A stretch of 64,000 bases of DNA from Octopus sinensis (lineage: Eukaryota): contig NC_043010.1 in assembly GCF_006345805.1 (NCBI RefSeq), forward strand, positions 13,888,001 through 13,952,000. Direction: 5' to 3'. The first letter of the stretch is position 1. The number at the start of each line of letters is the position of its first letter. The notes beneath the pieces were generated by a model. The model did no database searches and had not been told where the DNA came from. It saw only the letters and a program-made list of their open reading frames with translations. Position numbers and translations under genes: made by a program. This document shows positions 37,512 through 50,967 of this stretch, piece by piece.

Positions 37512-37995
37512 TTAACCCTTTCGTTACTGTATTTATTTTGAGATGCTCTGTGTTTCTTTTAATTACTTTAAATATAACAAAGAATTTAGTAAAATAACTT
37601 AATTATCATTAAGCTAGTGTTAGGAACGTAAATTGTAACTAAGGCTTGCTTGGAAGATTTTAATTCAAAACTTATGAAAACAAGACATTTTACCACAGAG
37701 CCAGAGCCGGTTTTGGCCGGGTTAGTAACAAAAGGGTTAATACATGCTATTCAGAGTTTAGATTACTTAACCCTTTTGTTACTAACCCGGCCAAAACCGG
37801 CTCTGGCTCTGTGGTAAAATGTCTTGTTTTCATAAGTTTTGAATTAAAATCTTCCAAGCAAGCCTTAGTTACAATTTACGTTCCTAACATTAGCTTAATG
37901 ATAATTAAGTTATTTTACTAAATTCTTTGTTATATTTAAAATAATTGAAAGAAACACAGAGCATCTCAAAATAAATACAGTAACGAAAGGGTTAA
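37512..37995. mobile_element. Two 229-bp TTAA-type (piggyBac-like) MITEs in inverted orientation
   Basis: 37512-37740 and 37767-37995, each TTAACCCTTT...AAAGGGTTAA, reverse complements of each other; 26-bp spacer. Confidence 0.92.
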
Positions 37996-38399
37996 GACAC
38001 CACATATTGCAGTGTGAGTAGACAAGTGACACGAGAGAATATCACTTTTCGTTAATCTCTGCTAACATCCAATGTTGTTTGTGGTTATTTGTTTATAAAC
38101 ACTTCGGTCTTTAACCGATTATACAGTTATAAAATCCACTACAAATATACACTGACACAGTGACAACTGTGGCAGCAACTAAGTGGACAGAGAACGGATT
38201 TACTAAGTGAATAGACAGAAACTGTCACCAGCTCTGAGATGTCCCTGGCAGTTACAAACAGAAACCACAGTTCTGCTCACCCAGCTGTAAATAAGTACCA
38301 TAGAGGGGTACTGTTCACTAATTGTAAATAGAATCTATCTCACTGAAAACACTGTATGCTGTGGGAGCTCAATGCTGGGCCCAATAATATTTTTGTGAA

Positions 38400-38645
38400 T
38401 GGGCATGTAAAAAGCACCATCCGTCCGTGGCCGTTTGCCAGCTCCGTCTGGCACCTGTGCGGGTGGCACGTAAAAAGCACCCACTACACTCACGGAGTGG
38501 TTGGCGTTAGGAAGGGCATCCAGCCGTAGAAACACTGCCAGATCAGATTGGGCCTGATGCAGCCTTCTGGCTTCACAGACCCCAGTTGAACCGTCCAACC
38601 CATGCTAGCATGGAAAGCGGACGCTAAATGATGACGATGATGATT
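38400..38645 (+). mobile_element. RTE family 1 3'-tail fragment
   Basis: Matches 57960-58210. Confidence 0.85.
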
Positions 38646-41600
38646 TCTAGAGAAGGAGCATTTCTAGACTAATTTTTCCAAAAGACATTGCATGAAAGCA
38701 AGTAGTCACTACCATCTGCCTACATGTTAAAGGATTCAATACCCAAGTAACTTCTCACCTAATTTTTTTTTTTAATCTCAAACCACCCAAACCCCACAAA
38801 AATAAAAACCCAATTAGACATTAGACGTGTAAGTAAACTGGTGTGTCCATTGGTATTTTTCATTTCTTTTCCCATTCTGTTTGATAAAAGAGCATGGCAG
38901 AGAGAAAATTAAAAAAATAAATCAATTAATCAATTAACCTTTCTTAACTCTAACTTCTTGAATTTTTTTTTTCTTTTTAAATAATAAACAAGACCTTGAC
39001 AGCAATAACATCAACAACAAATTCAATAAGAAACCAAATGCATTCCAAAATATTTTTTTGTCTAGTCACATCAGAAAAAAAAAAAAAATCATTAATTTAT
39101 TCCATTACATTATTTCTTGCATAAATTATGTTGATGCTTTTAGATTTTTAATTAAAACCTAAATTTAAAGGAAAAAATTACATGATGATAAAAACACGAA
39201 AACAAAAGTAATAAATATAATAATGATGATTGCAATTATGAGAAGATTTGCTAAAAAAACTGACATAAGGAGTAGGCTAATTCCATACACACACACACGG
39301 ATGCACATACATATATACACACATATATACACATTCAGCAAGCAAGTAGAAAAATCAAAGTCAGTTGGTGTTGCCAAAGTAGATTGAAGACACTAGCCTT
39401 TGTGCAGTGACACAACCTACACCTATGACCCAAGAAGGGTGAACTGGGGCTGTACTTGACGGATGAAAGAAGAATATGAATCTAGGATCGAATCAAATGC
39501 TCTTAAAACTTTGTCCCTCTCTAAACATAAGTGTGTAAACAAACAGAAATGAAAATATACAATGAACAAGAGTTGAATGAAGGTGTCTACAGCAGGAAGG
39601 TAGGAAAAGAAAAAGCTGAAGTCCTACCTTAGGACAGTGGGTTTCACAAAGAGACTGTGATGAGTGGTGATAGGCTGTCGACTACATCAACTCAATCCAT
39701 ACCAGTATAGAAACATGGATATTAAAAGTAAATAATATATGACAAAAACAAAAAAAAACATGAATAATGAAAACAAACTCTACCTTCAAATGACTACCAA
39801 TAATGAAAGGTATCTAAACTGACCACTAACCAACTGTCCAATGATATTGTAGTTCAGACCACAACTACTTTTCTATATTCAGGCCAATAAAGGTTTCTCA
39901 ACACAGTTGTTTTGACTTGTTAAAAATAGTAACCAAACCTCCCTCAAATGACACTCTACTTTTTCATATTACAGAAACACACACGGGATAGTTGTAGTCT
40001 CATATAGAATGGAAATGTCTTTGAACAAATGCCTGATCAACCAAGACTGACTGACATGGGACTAAATAAACAACATACTATCTTATTCTGTTTGTTCTGT
40101 ACTCCGGCCAGGACAGAGAAAAGTGTGTGTGTGTGTGTGTGTTTTGCAGAGCTGACAGGTAACATGAAGTTGCATACACCAGGAAAGTCAACAACAATAA
40201 ACCAAAGATACACTACATGTCTGTTGAGCTGAGATTATGTTAGCAAATCTACTTAACTTAATCTTCTTAAACAAGACCAGAAGGGACCTAGATAACTAGA
40301 GGTGATCAGTAACTCGTTAACTGACAATTACCTACGAAAATTAATTCTGAAATGATGTTACCGTCACTGACCAGTACATTGATACAACTGCAATAAAATG
40401 TTCTTAAATACCTATCATGTACATTTTTCTCCCTATCCTTTGGACAAAAATTCATAAGGGACAGGAAATTTATAAAAGACAAAGGAATAAGTCTATGTAG
40501 TACAGAGGGACTTTTTTTAGAGAGCAAGAGAAACAGTGCAAGTTGGAACTGAAACCAGCTCACAGATTTGCCTTACCAGGGACTTACCTCTCCCTCTACG
40601 GTAACCATAACAACCTCACATCAGTGATAAAAACTTGGACAACTGATACATACACAACATGCATAGCAGTAAATAATTTGAAGATGACAACACAATACAT
40701 AACAGTAAAGTGTTGGATTAGTGGAAACAGTCTAATATATTATAATTTATTATAATATATTATAATTTATGAAATGGTTAACGTATACGTTGACAAGCAG
40801 GTCAGTACATGTGTGTCAAAACTGTTTTATAGTTGCACAAATTAAATACAGCAAAATATTTCCTTCTTTAAATAATAAAATGAAAATGTAAAAAGAAACC
40901 GTGTTGCTTAAACAGTTCAAACTGGTTCCATAAAATAGATATGTTATTTTCTACACTACAAATATTTAAAGACTGTACAATATATTTATGTATATTGCTT
41001 GTTAATAAAAAATAATTTAGTGGGTTTTTATCTTCCATTGGAACAAATAAGACATTTCTGCACTCAAAGGAAAGTAATTTTGTCAATACGACTTTATTAC
41101 CGTTATTTATTTACTTGTTAATTTTGTGCCTGTATAAAAAATGAGGTTTTGAAAGAAACCAGAACTTAAACACAGTTTATATGAACAATGAATTAATAAT
41201 TCTTGTTACCTAATTTAATATATAAAATTACTTGCATTCATTTTAAACAATTAATTAGATCACAAACAGCATTTTCAAAATGAGTACTTTCCATTTCATG
41301 TATGTGTGTATATGCTTTCACACGTGTATATACATGTATATACACATACGTGCATACACACACATATAATCATAACTAAAAAAAAGTATTTTATTACACC
41401 AGTCAAAACTAGGATATGCAATACTGGTTCCATCTTTGAGAGAAAAGAAAGAAAATTAAAAATAAAAAAAAATTTAGGAAGCAAAAGTTGCATCCTCAAC
41501 TGCACAAGAACTGCAGCATGGTTGCAACTTTATGGCATCATAAAACCCTCATATCTCAGAGAAAGGCTGGAAAAGCAAGCTGAAAGTGAAAACAGAAAGA

Positions 41601-42198
41601 TTGAAAACACACCATACTGACATTCGTGTAACCTTGCTACACATTAAGAGTGCACATATTTCTGGGAAGGGATCTATTTATTTTGTCAAAGTTATGCCAA
41701 ACAAACTCAAAAGTTATCAGACATTGCCAAATTTTGTTTCAATTTAATAATCAATCAAAATATTTTTGTATGTGCTTAAGACAAAAGAAGACGGTGAATG
41801 AAGTTTAACAAGAAACTAAAGAATTTTGTAAATTTTTCTTAAAAGCAAACTAAGGATTGAATAAAATCTAAAAGGAAAATAAAATTTAAATTTATATATA
41901 TATATATGTATTATACAAACAAACATACACAGATAGACAAGCAGGCAGGGGAACGATATTTTGAAAGAGAAAAGTTTACAGTTTGTCAATATGGCTCATA
42001 TTTCCTATATGAATGTTTGACCTAGCTTGCTTTTCCATTTAACTTTGTTTAATAAAACAGACTTGTCCATCATCATCATCATCATCATCATCACTGTTGT
42101 TGTCATAATATTAATTGCAGAGAGGAAAAAAAAAATAAAACATTAGAAATATACGTATAAGATATATATATATATATATACATATATCATATATATAT

Positions 42199-42230
<32 letters not shown>

Positions 42231-43095
42231 TATATCAACTATGAAAGAGTTGTGACACAATGTCAAACTGTCCAAAAATACTTGTCAACATAAATATTTA
42301 AAAAATTCAGTTAAGGACACTGAACATATATAAATACAGAAGAAATAGGGAGGTGGGAGAATTAGAAAACCAGGCAGGATGGTTGCAAGGGACTTTTAGA
42401 TCGCTTGCCAACATTTGTGAAATATTTTCCTTCCCATACATGAACAATTGTATTTTGAAAATAATCTAAGATTGAAAAAGGTGTCATAATGCTTAAGGCA
42501 GTGAGGATCCATAACTGACACACACCCAGTACATTGTTACAATTTATCATATTCGGTTATATGTACTTACATTAAGACAGAAACAGTTAAGTAGCAAACT
42601 AAATTATTTTGGAGTACTTAATTACAATCCATCTTTCTTCTGAGTTAAAATTCTGCCAGGAGATAATCTTGCCTTTAATCCACTTCCGAGTTCCATTAAA
42701 CAGTGCCGAGATTGATTCAATTGACTATATTCTACCCATGCAAATTATGCCGTAGGGCCACTGTAAGGAACACTGTTCTCAACAACAACAATAATGGTGA
42801 CGATGGTATTTCTTACACAGGTACAAGAACACACGATTTTAAGAAGGATAAAGGCAGAGTTGACTGTGACAGGTTGAACTCAGAACATAAAGGGACATAA
42901 CTAAACAGCATTGAAGGCATTTAAAATCCAACACTGTTATGTCAGCTGCTCCACCCAACACAATAGCAACAGAAATCATTGAAGACTGTAAATTTTGGTC
43001 AATAGTAAAATTGATTAGATCGACTCTAGTACTAGACTGGTATGAGGTTTATTAACCCTGAAAGGCAGAAAAGCAAAGTAAAAGTCAATGGTATT

Positions 43096-43324
43096 TTAAC
43101 CCTTTAGTGTTCGCATTATTCTGCTAAAATTAATGCTTTTTTATCCACATTGTTTTGAACTAATCATACATTATCTTGTAGCTGTGAGATTTTGAAGAGG
43201 TTGCTGTTAATTTTTAAAACAATATTGTAGGGTTGGTGTGAGAGACCAGATCTGGCCAGTTTAAACATAAAACAGGCAGAATGCTTTTGGCCGGATATGG
43301 CCGGTTTAAATGCTAAAGAGTTAA
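43096..43324. mobile_element. TTAA-type MITE
   Basis: TTAACCCTTTAG...CTAAAGAGTTAA; inverted relative of 50741-50967. Confidence 0.75.
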
Positions 43325-44735
43325 CTTTGAATGTAGAGATATAATTCAAACATTAACTGTTACACTCTTTGATGCTTGAACTTAGTAAGGAAAGCATTGT
43401 GAAACCCAGAGTATCAAACTCTAAATGTTTCAGCCAACCTTATTAATTCAAATAGGAGACTACCTTTAAATGTGCCAGTTATTTTTGTTGTGTAGCCCCA
43501 AAATGAGCAAACTTAGTGACACATAGGAGGTAGACCAAATGGTTAAGTGAAATTCTGCCACTGTGTAGTGACTGCTGTGACCACCAATTCTATATCCAAT
43601 GACATCATTATGTACAAACATAGGTCAAAAGGTGAAATTTTTTTTACAAAAAGAGAAATTCCAAAAAATGACAATTTATCAATGTAAACAAAATTGCCAC
43701 TACGCTGGAATCCTGCAATGTAAAAAGATTTTCATGGAATTCTCAGAAGAAGAGTACTAAGGATAAGCATTTAATTCACGAGATTAAACTGAGAAAGGGG
43801 AGAAATTCTCTCTAAGACATTAGTCAACTGTAATTTTCCTTCTCGAAGATCTCACAGCTACTGCTCCAAGTTGAATTGAGTCATGTAGAATTAAATGTAA
43901 AGTCCTTCAAAGACAAGTGGAGCAGGGAGAGGAATAACCGTTAATACTTAATGTAGAATTAAATGTGCTGACCAAATATATAACAAAATGCCCTGCAGTG
44001 GTTTTACAACCTAGACCTATAAGCTAGAAATCCATTACAATATCCATTCTGCAAGGCCACTTCAATCCTGACGAATTTTAGTCTTGACTTAAATGCAGAT
44101 TACAGGGAATTTATTGTTATCAGATAGGATTACAAGGTTTGTTCTTGCCTCTTAACTGGAAAAATTGACCACTTAAGTTTATAATAACCTGCATGAAAAA
44201 CAACTAAACTAGTTTAGTAGATAGAAAATTTCCCTGAAATATTTTAGCATCACTGACAAGGATATCAAACCTGAACGAGGCTTTTAGTGAAAAATTTAGC
44301 CAGGAATACAACAATAATACTTTTGTTAATAAATTTCTTTTTTAATTGTCATCTTCAAAAGACCCTAAAAAATTTTTTACCTTCTATTTTGGAGAATTAC
44401 AAACACCATTCAAACAATTATGTCAGCTTTTCTAACGCTTTCCAACATCACCAGAGGAAAATATGAATGATTGTGTAATCGAGGGTGCGATACCAACAAA
44501 ATGACGACAAATTCTAAAACACCACATACATGCATTCTACCATACATACACACATACATACATACATACATATATACACACTCAAAAAAAAAAAAGACAT
44601 AAAAAAGAAACAGGTGATGTAAGTTCATACATGTTAAGGTCCCTTGTTGATGCATTACTGACAAGTAAGGAACATGGCCCAAACCTGAAACAGAAAGAAA
44701 ATACAATAGTTAGGACATTAGGAACTCAAAATGGA

Positions 44736-45143
44736 GGATCTTTTCAGTTTGAATGGCAGTTTTTTCTAGCGGTGTCATATGAAACTGTCACCCATAATTA
44801 TGACCCTAGTATCGATCTATTGCATTTCAATCTGTGTTAGGGTTAGGAATGGATGAAGGGTATCTTTTTTTCTTCACAAATGTAAATAAACACAATCTGT
44901 TTCTTAAACGAGGGACATATTCATACGGCACAGAATGTTTTTTACCTCAATGGACATCAGTGATTGGTTGAAATTGCAGAAATTGAAGAAAAAAAAACAA
45001 ATATCTTACAAACTATAGAATTTTCTCAATAAAGCCAAGAGAAAAAGATGTTTTATAAACACATTCTACCAGTATACGAAGTTTAAAAGTGTTTAGTTAC
45101 CTAGAAATTATGTTAAAAACTGCCGTTCAAGCCGAAAAGATCC
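44736..45143. mobile_element. MITE, Merlin-like
   Basis: Both TIRs; 9-bp TSD CAAAATGGA. Confidence 0.88.
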
Positions 45144-45248
45144 CAAAATGGATGATCAAAACAACTGTACAAGCAAAACTGCTCTAGGAAAGAAAAACAT
45201 TCAGTGGTGGGGAGAAAAAGTTAATATAAATGAAGTAGAAGTACTCAC

Positions 45249-45423
45249 TAAGCCAACGAATGTATGCTTTGCATAGTATGAAGATACTTTTCAAGTCCCA
45301 GACATAGGGGTAGAGTTCGTACGCAATGGCTCGGTTGGGGATCTTGAAGAACTTGTCAAATATGGTGAAGATATTTTCCACTCCATCACAGAATGCCTTT
45401 GCCCTTTCATGCCATTGTTCCGC
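45249..45423 (-). CDS. OGA: O-GlcNAcase exon (stalk)
   Basis: AEQWHERAKAF...NRAIAYELYPYVWDLKSIFILCKAYIRWL; tataag acceptor, gtgagt donor; 175 nt, phase 0 to 1. Confidence 0.94.
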
Positions 45424-45621
45424 CTTATAATACACAAGAATTAGGAGACAACAGTTAGACTAAATAAATGACTTATTATATATTGGCTAATGTTTGGTAA
45501 ATAGACACACACTTATCCATATGCATGCAGAGCCAACACATGTACATACACACATAAATACAGCACTAAACAGACATACTCACATGTAAACACAGGAATA
45601 AAAACCACAGCCAACACAAGT

Positions 45622-46060
45622 TTAGAAATCTTCAAAGCCACAGTTGAACCAATTCTACTAAATGGCTCAGAAACCTGGACGTTATCAAAGAAGCTTGAGA
45701 GGCAGTTGGATGGAACTTACACTCGCCTCCTTATGAGAGCTCAAAATCTCTCGTGGAAGCGCCATCCAACCAAAATGAAAATATATGGGAAACTACTACC
45801 TGTGTCATCTCTTGTGAAAGGTAGGAGAGTCCAGTTTGCTGGACATTGTTGTAGAGCTGAAAAAGAGGTAATTTCTACTCTTCTCCTCTGGAAGCCATCT
45901 ACTCGCAATACCAGAGGGCGCACACTCTCCTACCCTGATGTAATATCCAGGGATACAGGCATCCAGCAACAGGACCTCCGTAATGCTATGATGGACCGTG
46001 AAGTCTGGCGTAGCATGGTAAATTCCATTGTCTTGACCACGGTCGAACAATGATGATGAT
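45622..46060 (+). mobile_element. RTE-type LINE 3' fragment (family 2)
   Basis: ORF 45706-46053, near-identical to 9660-10175; (TGA)n tail. Confidence 0.88.
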
Positions 46061-46721
46061 TAGTTAACAGTGTGACTTATGGAACACTACCAACATACAT
46101 TCACTCATCCTGTCAAACACACACAAAACAGCTTTCTAATATTATCTATAGATTATCAACTTCTAAGTCAAGCAACCCAGGCTGTAGGTCTGGACATGAT
46201 TGTACGAAAAAACTGGCTATTTCCTTTCATATAACACTGGAGTACTGGAGCGGAGAGGAAAGTACTGTCTAGTAAAAGCATTTGGTGCTTGTATTGCCAC
46301 GGCAATACGAGATAATCATTAATTACTAGAGACCTTAATTCCAGATTTCATCTGAGGATCTAAATTTTGTGTCAGAAATCAGAGCCTCAGTACAATTCCA
46401 GCATCAAGGCAGATTGAAATGATTAGTAAACTGCGATCTAATCTGAGACAAGAACTAAAGCAGCAACAGGAGTTCAAATCAGCACTGCATGGTAACGAAG
46501 CAATTAGTTAATTTTCTCATGCTGCTACTGCTGCTGTTCCAGTTGTGTGGTATCCTCTTTACAACTAACTGGACTGTATTGTTTGAAAGTTAATTATTTT
46601 GCATACAAATATGACCCAGTGAGGGCTTTAGGAAAGGAACTGCAAACCTGTTGGGTGCCCATTTGCTACTCTACCAACACAGTTATTTTGTACTTTTGTA
46701 AACCCACACACACGCACGCAC

Positions 46722-47050
46722 ATATCATCATCATCGTTTAACGTCTGCTTTCCATGCTAGCATGGGTTGGACGATTTTGACTGAGGGCTGGCGAACCAGA
46801 TGGCTGCACCAGGCTCCAATCTTGATCTGGCAGAGTTTCTACAGCTGGATGCCCTTCCTAATGCCAACCACTCCGAGAGTGTAGTGGGTGCTTTTTACAT
46901 GCCACGAGTTGACAGAAGCTGGCAAGGCCAAAGGCCACACCATGATCCACTGTCTGTTCTAGCATGGTTTCTACAGGTGGATGCACTTCCTAACACCTGA
47001 ACACCAACCACTTCATTGTGTGTACTGGGTGCTTTTTACGAGGCACCATA
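46722..47050 (-). mobile_element. RTE family 1 tail fragment leading into the minisatellite
   Basis: (CAT)n, GGATGCCCTTCCTAA and GGGTGCTTTTTAC motifs. Confidence 0.8.
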
Positions 47051-48680
47051 ACCAGTGCTTTTTACATGGTACCAACACCAGTGCTTTTTACATGGTACCA
47101 ACACCAGTACTTTTTATGTGGCACCAATGCCAGTACTTTTTATGTGGCACCAATGCCAGTACTTTTTATGTGGCACCAATGCCAGTATTTTTTACGTGGC
47201 ACCAATACCAGTACTTTTTGTGTGGCACCAATGCCAGTACTTTTTGTGTGGCACCAATGCCAATACTTTTTGTGTGGCACCAATGCCAGTACTTTTTGTG
47301 TGGCACCAATGCCAGTACTTTTTGTGTGGCACCAATGCCAGAACTTTTTATGTGGCACCAATGCCAGAACTTTTTATGTGGGACCAATGCCAGTACTTTT
47401 TATGTGGCACCAATGCCAGTACTTTTTATGTGGCACCAATGCCAGTACTTTTTGTGTGGCACCAATGCCAGAACTTTTTATGTGGCACCAATGCCAGTAT
47501 TTTTTACGTGGCACCAATACCAGTACTTTTTGTGTGGCACCAATGCCAGTACTTTTTATGTGGCACCAATGCCAGTACTTTTTACGTGGCACCAATGCCA
47601 GTACTTTTTGTGTGGCACCAATGCCAGTACTTTTTACGTGGCACCAATGCCAGTATTTTTTACGTGGCACCAATACCAGTACTTTTTGTGTGGCACCAAT
47701 GCCAGTACTTTTTGTGTGGCACCAATGCCAGTACTTTTTGTGTGGAACCAATGCCAGAACTTTTTGTGTGGGACCAATGCCAGTACTTTTTGTGTGGTAC
47801 CAATACCAGTACTTTTTACGTGGCACCAATGCCAGTACTTTTTACGTGGCACCAATGCCAGTACTTTTTGTGTGGCACCAATGCCAGTACTTTTTGTGTG
47901 GCACCAATGCCAGGACTTTTTGTGTGACACCAATGCCAGTACTTTTTGTGTGACACCAATGCCAGAACTTTTTATGTGGCACCAATGCCAGAACTTTTTA
48001 TGTGGCACCAATGCCAGTACTTTTTATGTGGCACCAATGCCAGTACTTTTTATGTGGCACCAATGCCAGTACTTCTTGTGTGGCACCAATGCCAGTACTT
48101 TTTACGTGGCACCAATGCCAGTACTTTTTACGTGGCACCAATGCCAGTACTTTTTGTGTGGCACCAATGCCAGTACTTTTTGTGTGGAACCAATGCCAGT
48201 ACTTTTTGTGTGACACCAATGCCAGAACTTTTTGTGTGACACCAATGCCAGAACTTTTTATGTGGCACCAATGCCAGAACTTTTTATGTGGCACCAATGC
48301 CAGAACTTTTTACGTGGCACCAATGCCAGTACTTTTTACGTGGCACCAATGCCAGTATTTTTTGTGTGGCACCAATGCCAGCACTTTTTGTGTGGTACCA
48401 ATACCAGTACTTTTTACGTGGCACCAATGCTAGTACTTTTTACTTGGCACCAATGCCAGTACTTTTTACTTGGCACCAATGCCAGTACTTTTTACGTGGC
48501 ACCAATGCCAGTACTTTTTGTGTGGCACCAATGCCAGTACTTTTTGTGTGGCACCAATGCCAGTACTTTTTGTGTGGCACCAATGCCAGTACTTTTTATG
48601 TGGCACCAATGCCAGTACTTTTTACGTGGCACCAATGCCAGTACTTTTTTTGTGACACCAACACTAGTGTTTTTTTATGT
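47050..48680. repeat. 26-bp minisatellite, about 62 units (GTGGCACCAATGCCAGTACTTTTT[A/G][T/C])
   Basis: Directly visible; explains the 26-aa periodic ORFs (3 x 26 nt). Confidence 0.95.
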
Positions 48681-48768
48681 GACACCTGATGCATTACATA
48701 CACACAGTTACATGACATAACTACAACCACATGCACATTACAAACACACAATAAGAAGAAATAGTCAC

Positions 48769-49787
48769 CTCTGGTTTCAGTCCGTTCTTTGCCCTGCTCT
48801 CAGCTACCAGGTTAGCGTTGCTGCGTAGCCAGTGCATCTCTTGTAACAGCTGCAGTCCACATTCGCCATGTTCAAATGGCATGTAGAACAGCTCAACAAA
48901 CTGCCTCAGGTCATCACAAGACAAGACCTCAATATTGTCCGCAGAGTCAAACGACCCACTCGATGAACTAGTAGTACAGCTGACCGTACCGCTGCCACTA
49001 TTGTGACTACCATTATTATTACTACTACCACAGTTGCTGTTGCTCGTAGTGGCGGTAGTGATGGTTGTGGCCGTGGTGCAGCCAACTGCGTTGTCAACCT
49101 GCATCACATTGTCAGACGGCGAACTGCTTGCCGATTTCAGACCTTCGTCTGATGTGGTTGTAGTGGTAGTGATGGTGGTAGTGGAGATAGTGGATGGTGG
49201 GGAGAGTGGTGGAGGGGGAGGGGGTGTGGTGGCAGTGGGAGGAGAGGTCACAGTGGCTGAGGCTGCAACGCCAGTGCTTGCATTGAAGGCGGTGGTGGTG
49301 GAGGTGGTGGCAGCAACAAAGGGGAAACAGTCCATCGGCTCAGTGTCTGGGCAGAGAGGGTCACCTATTACCTCAGCATCGATTCCCACCGAATCCGGCT
49401 CGACCAAGCTGTTGATTGGAGCCATCACTGGCTGCATGTAAGACGATGCTGCCGAATTGTCAACAACCTCGCTATTTGGAAAAACTCCACCGACCATACC
49501 AACTGGCATTGGAGACACCATACTGCCCGTGGGCAGAGTCATTGTTGGAGAGGTCACCGTGGCACAGGTATTCACAGATGGGATCAACGGCACAATTGGC
49601 TTTGGAAATGTTAGCCTCACTGAGTGACGGCTGCATGCCAACTCTTTGATCCACTCATTGATGGCTACCTTCAGTGCAGCCCTCGGTTGGTAGCGTGTGT
49701 CGAATTTAGCAGGGATGTCCTCATCAGATGTGAAATCAATTTCAGTTTCCAGTTTGATGTCAGAAGCAATTGGACTCAAGCGGTCAC
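48769..49787 (-). CDS. OGA: O-GlcNAcase large exon (stalk helix, low-complexity linker, stalk)
   Basis: YQPRAALKVAINEWI and LFYMPFEHG...QEMHWLRSN match OGA stalk motifs; 1019 nt, phase 1 to 0, AG/GT boundaries. Confidence 0.94.
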
Positions 49788-50740
49788 CTACAAAATACAC
49801 AAAAAAGAAAAACATGAATCACAATTAGAAAACAGAGGAGATGCAACAACAATAACACTTGCTTCGAATTCTGGCGCAAGAGCAGCTGTTCTGATGGAAG
49901 GAGGTAAGGGTGTATTTTATTGATTGGTTTTGAACTCAAAATGTGAAAGGCAGGAACAAATGATACAAGGCTTCAATTCCAACATTCTAACAATTCTGCC
50001 AGCTTACCACCCTAATAATAATTTTAATTTTGGCACAAGACCAGCAATTTTGAGGGGGAAGAGAAAAGTTAGTTACATGGCAGTATTTGAACTCTGCAAA
50101 AGGTCGGATGAAATGCCAAAGAACTAATGATTCTGTCAGTTCACAACCTTAATCATAATAACAACAAGAGCACTCAGAGAGCACAAACCTCTGCCAAGAC
50201 AACACCATCATCTCAACGATTAGCTAGAAATTATTTTTAAAATGAGAATATCTGAAATAAACTCAACTGCTCTCACAAACGAGAATACTAAAAATTAACC
50301 CAACTAATTTCAAAAATTTAAAAAAAAAATTTTTTTAAAATCCAGTCCTTATCCGGTACCTGATCAATCCCAATGGTAGTCATGGAATATGAAGGTGGAT
50401 GTGCGGGCTGTGTTTCTAATGCTGTGTATGTGTCGTCTGCAGTGGGAACAGGGACAGGTTTCTCTATGAAGGTTTTTTTAGTCTATCCACTGATATAGTG
50501 TCTTTATGACAATTAACGTCTATAGTGTAAAATTTATCCGTGCATAAAAGAAAACAGAAAGGACCTGCATACGGTGCTGTTAACGGAGGTTTAACAACAT
50601 TGTTGCACACAAAAACTTGAGTCCAAGAAGTAAAGCTTCCATCAAGGCAGAGCTAGAAATGCAATTGTCAAGTAGATAAGAGGTTTTAAACAGGAGCAAT
50701 ATATTCAAAATTGGTAAAACTAAAAATTGTCAAAAATAAA

Positions 50741-50967
50741 TTAACCCTTTAGTATTTAAACTGGCCATATCTGGCCAAAATAGTTAATCTGTTTTATGTT
50801 CAAACTGACCAGATTCAGGCCCTCACACCTACCCTACAATGTTATTCTACATTAAGTAATTACACCATCAAGATCTTGAAGATATGAGATAATGCATGAT
50901 TAATTCAAATCAATGGGAATCAATAAGCATTATGTTTGATAGAATAATCTGAACACTAAAGGGTTAA
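50741..50967. mobile_element. TTAA-type MITE
   Basis: TTAACCCTTTAG...CTAAAGGGTTAA. Confidence 0.8.

Noticed and set aside
47100-48660. Array of NFI or NF-Y binding sites
   Set aside because: TGGC-GCCA spacing is 6 nt rather than the 5 nt NFI needs, and the CCAAT flanks fit the NF-Y consensus poorly.
46981-48720. Long Cys/His/Trp-rich ORFs up to 410 aa on both strands
   Set aside because: Translation of a 26-bp tandem repeat that lacks plus-strand stops; the same 26-aa peptide appears in all three frames, and it lies inside an OGA intron.
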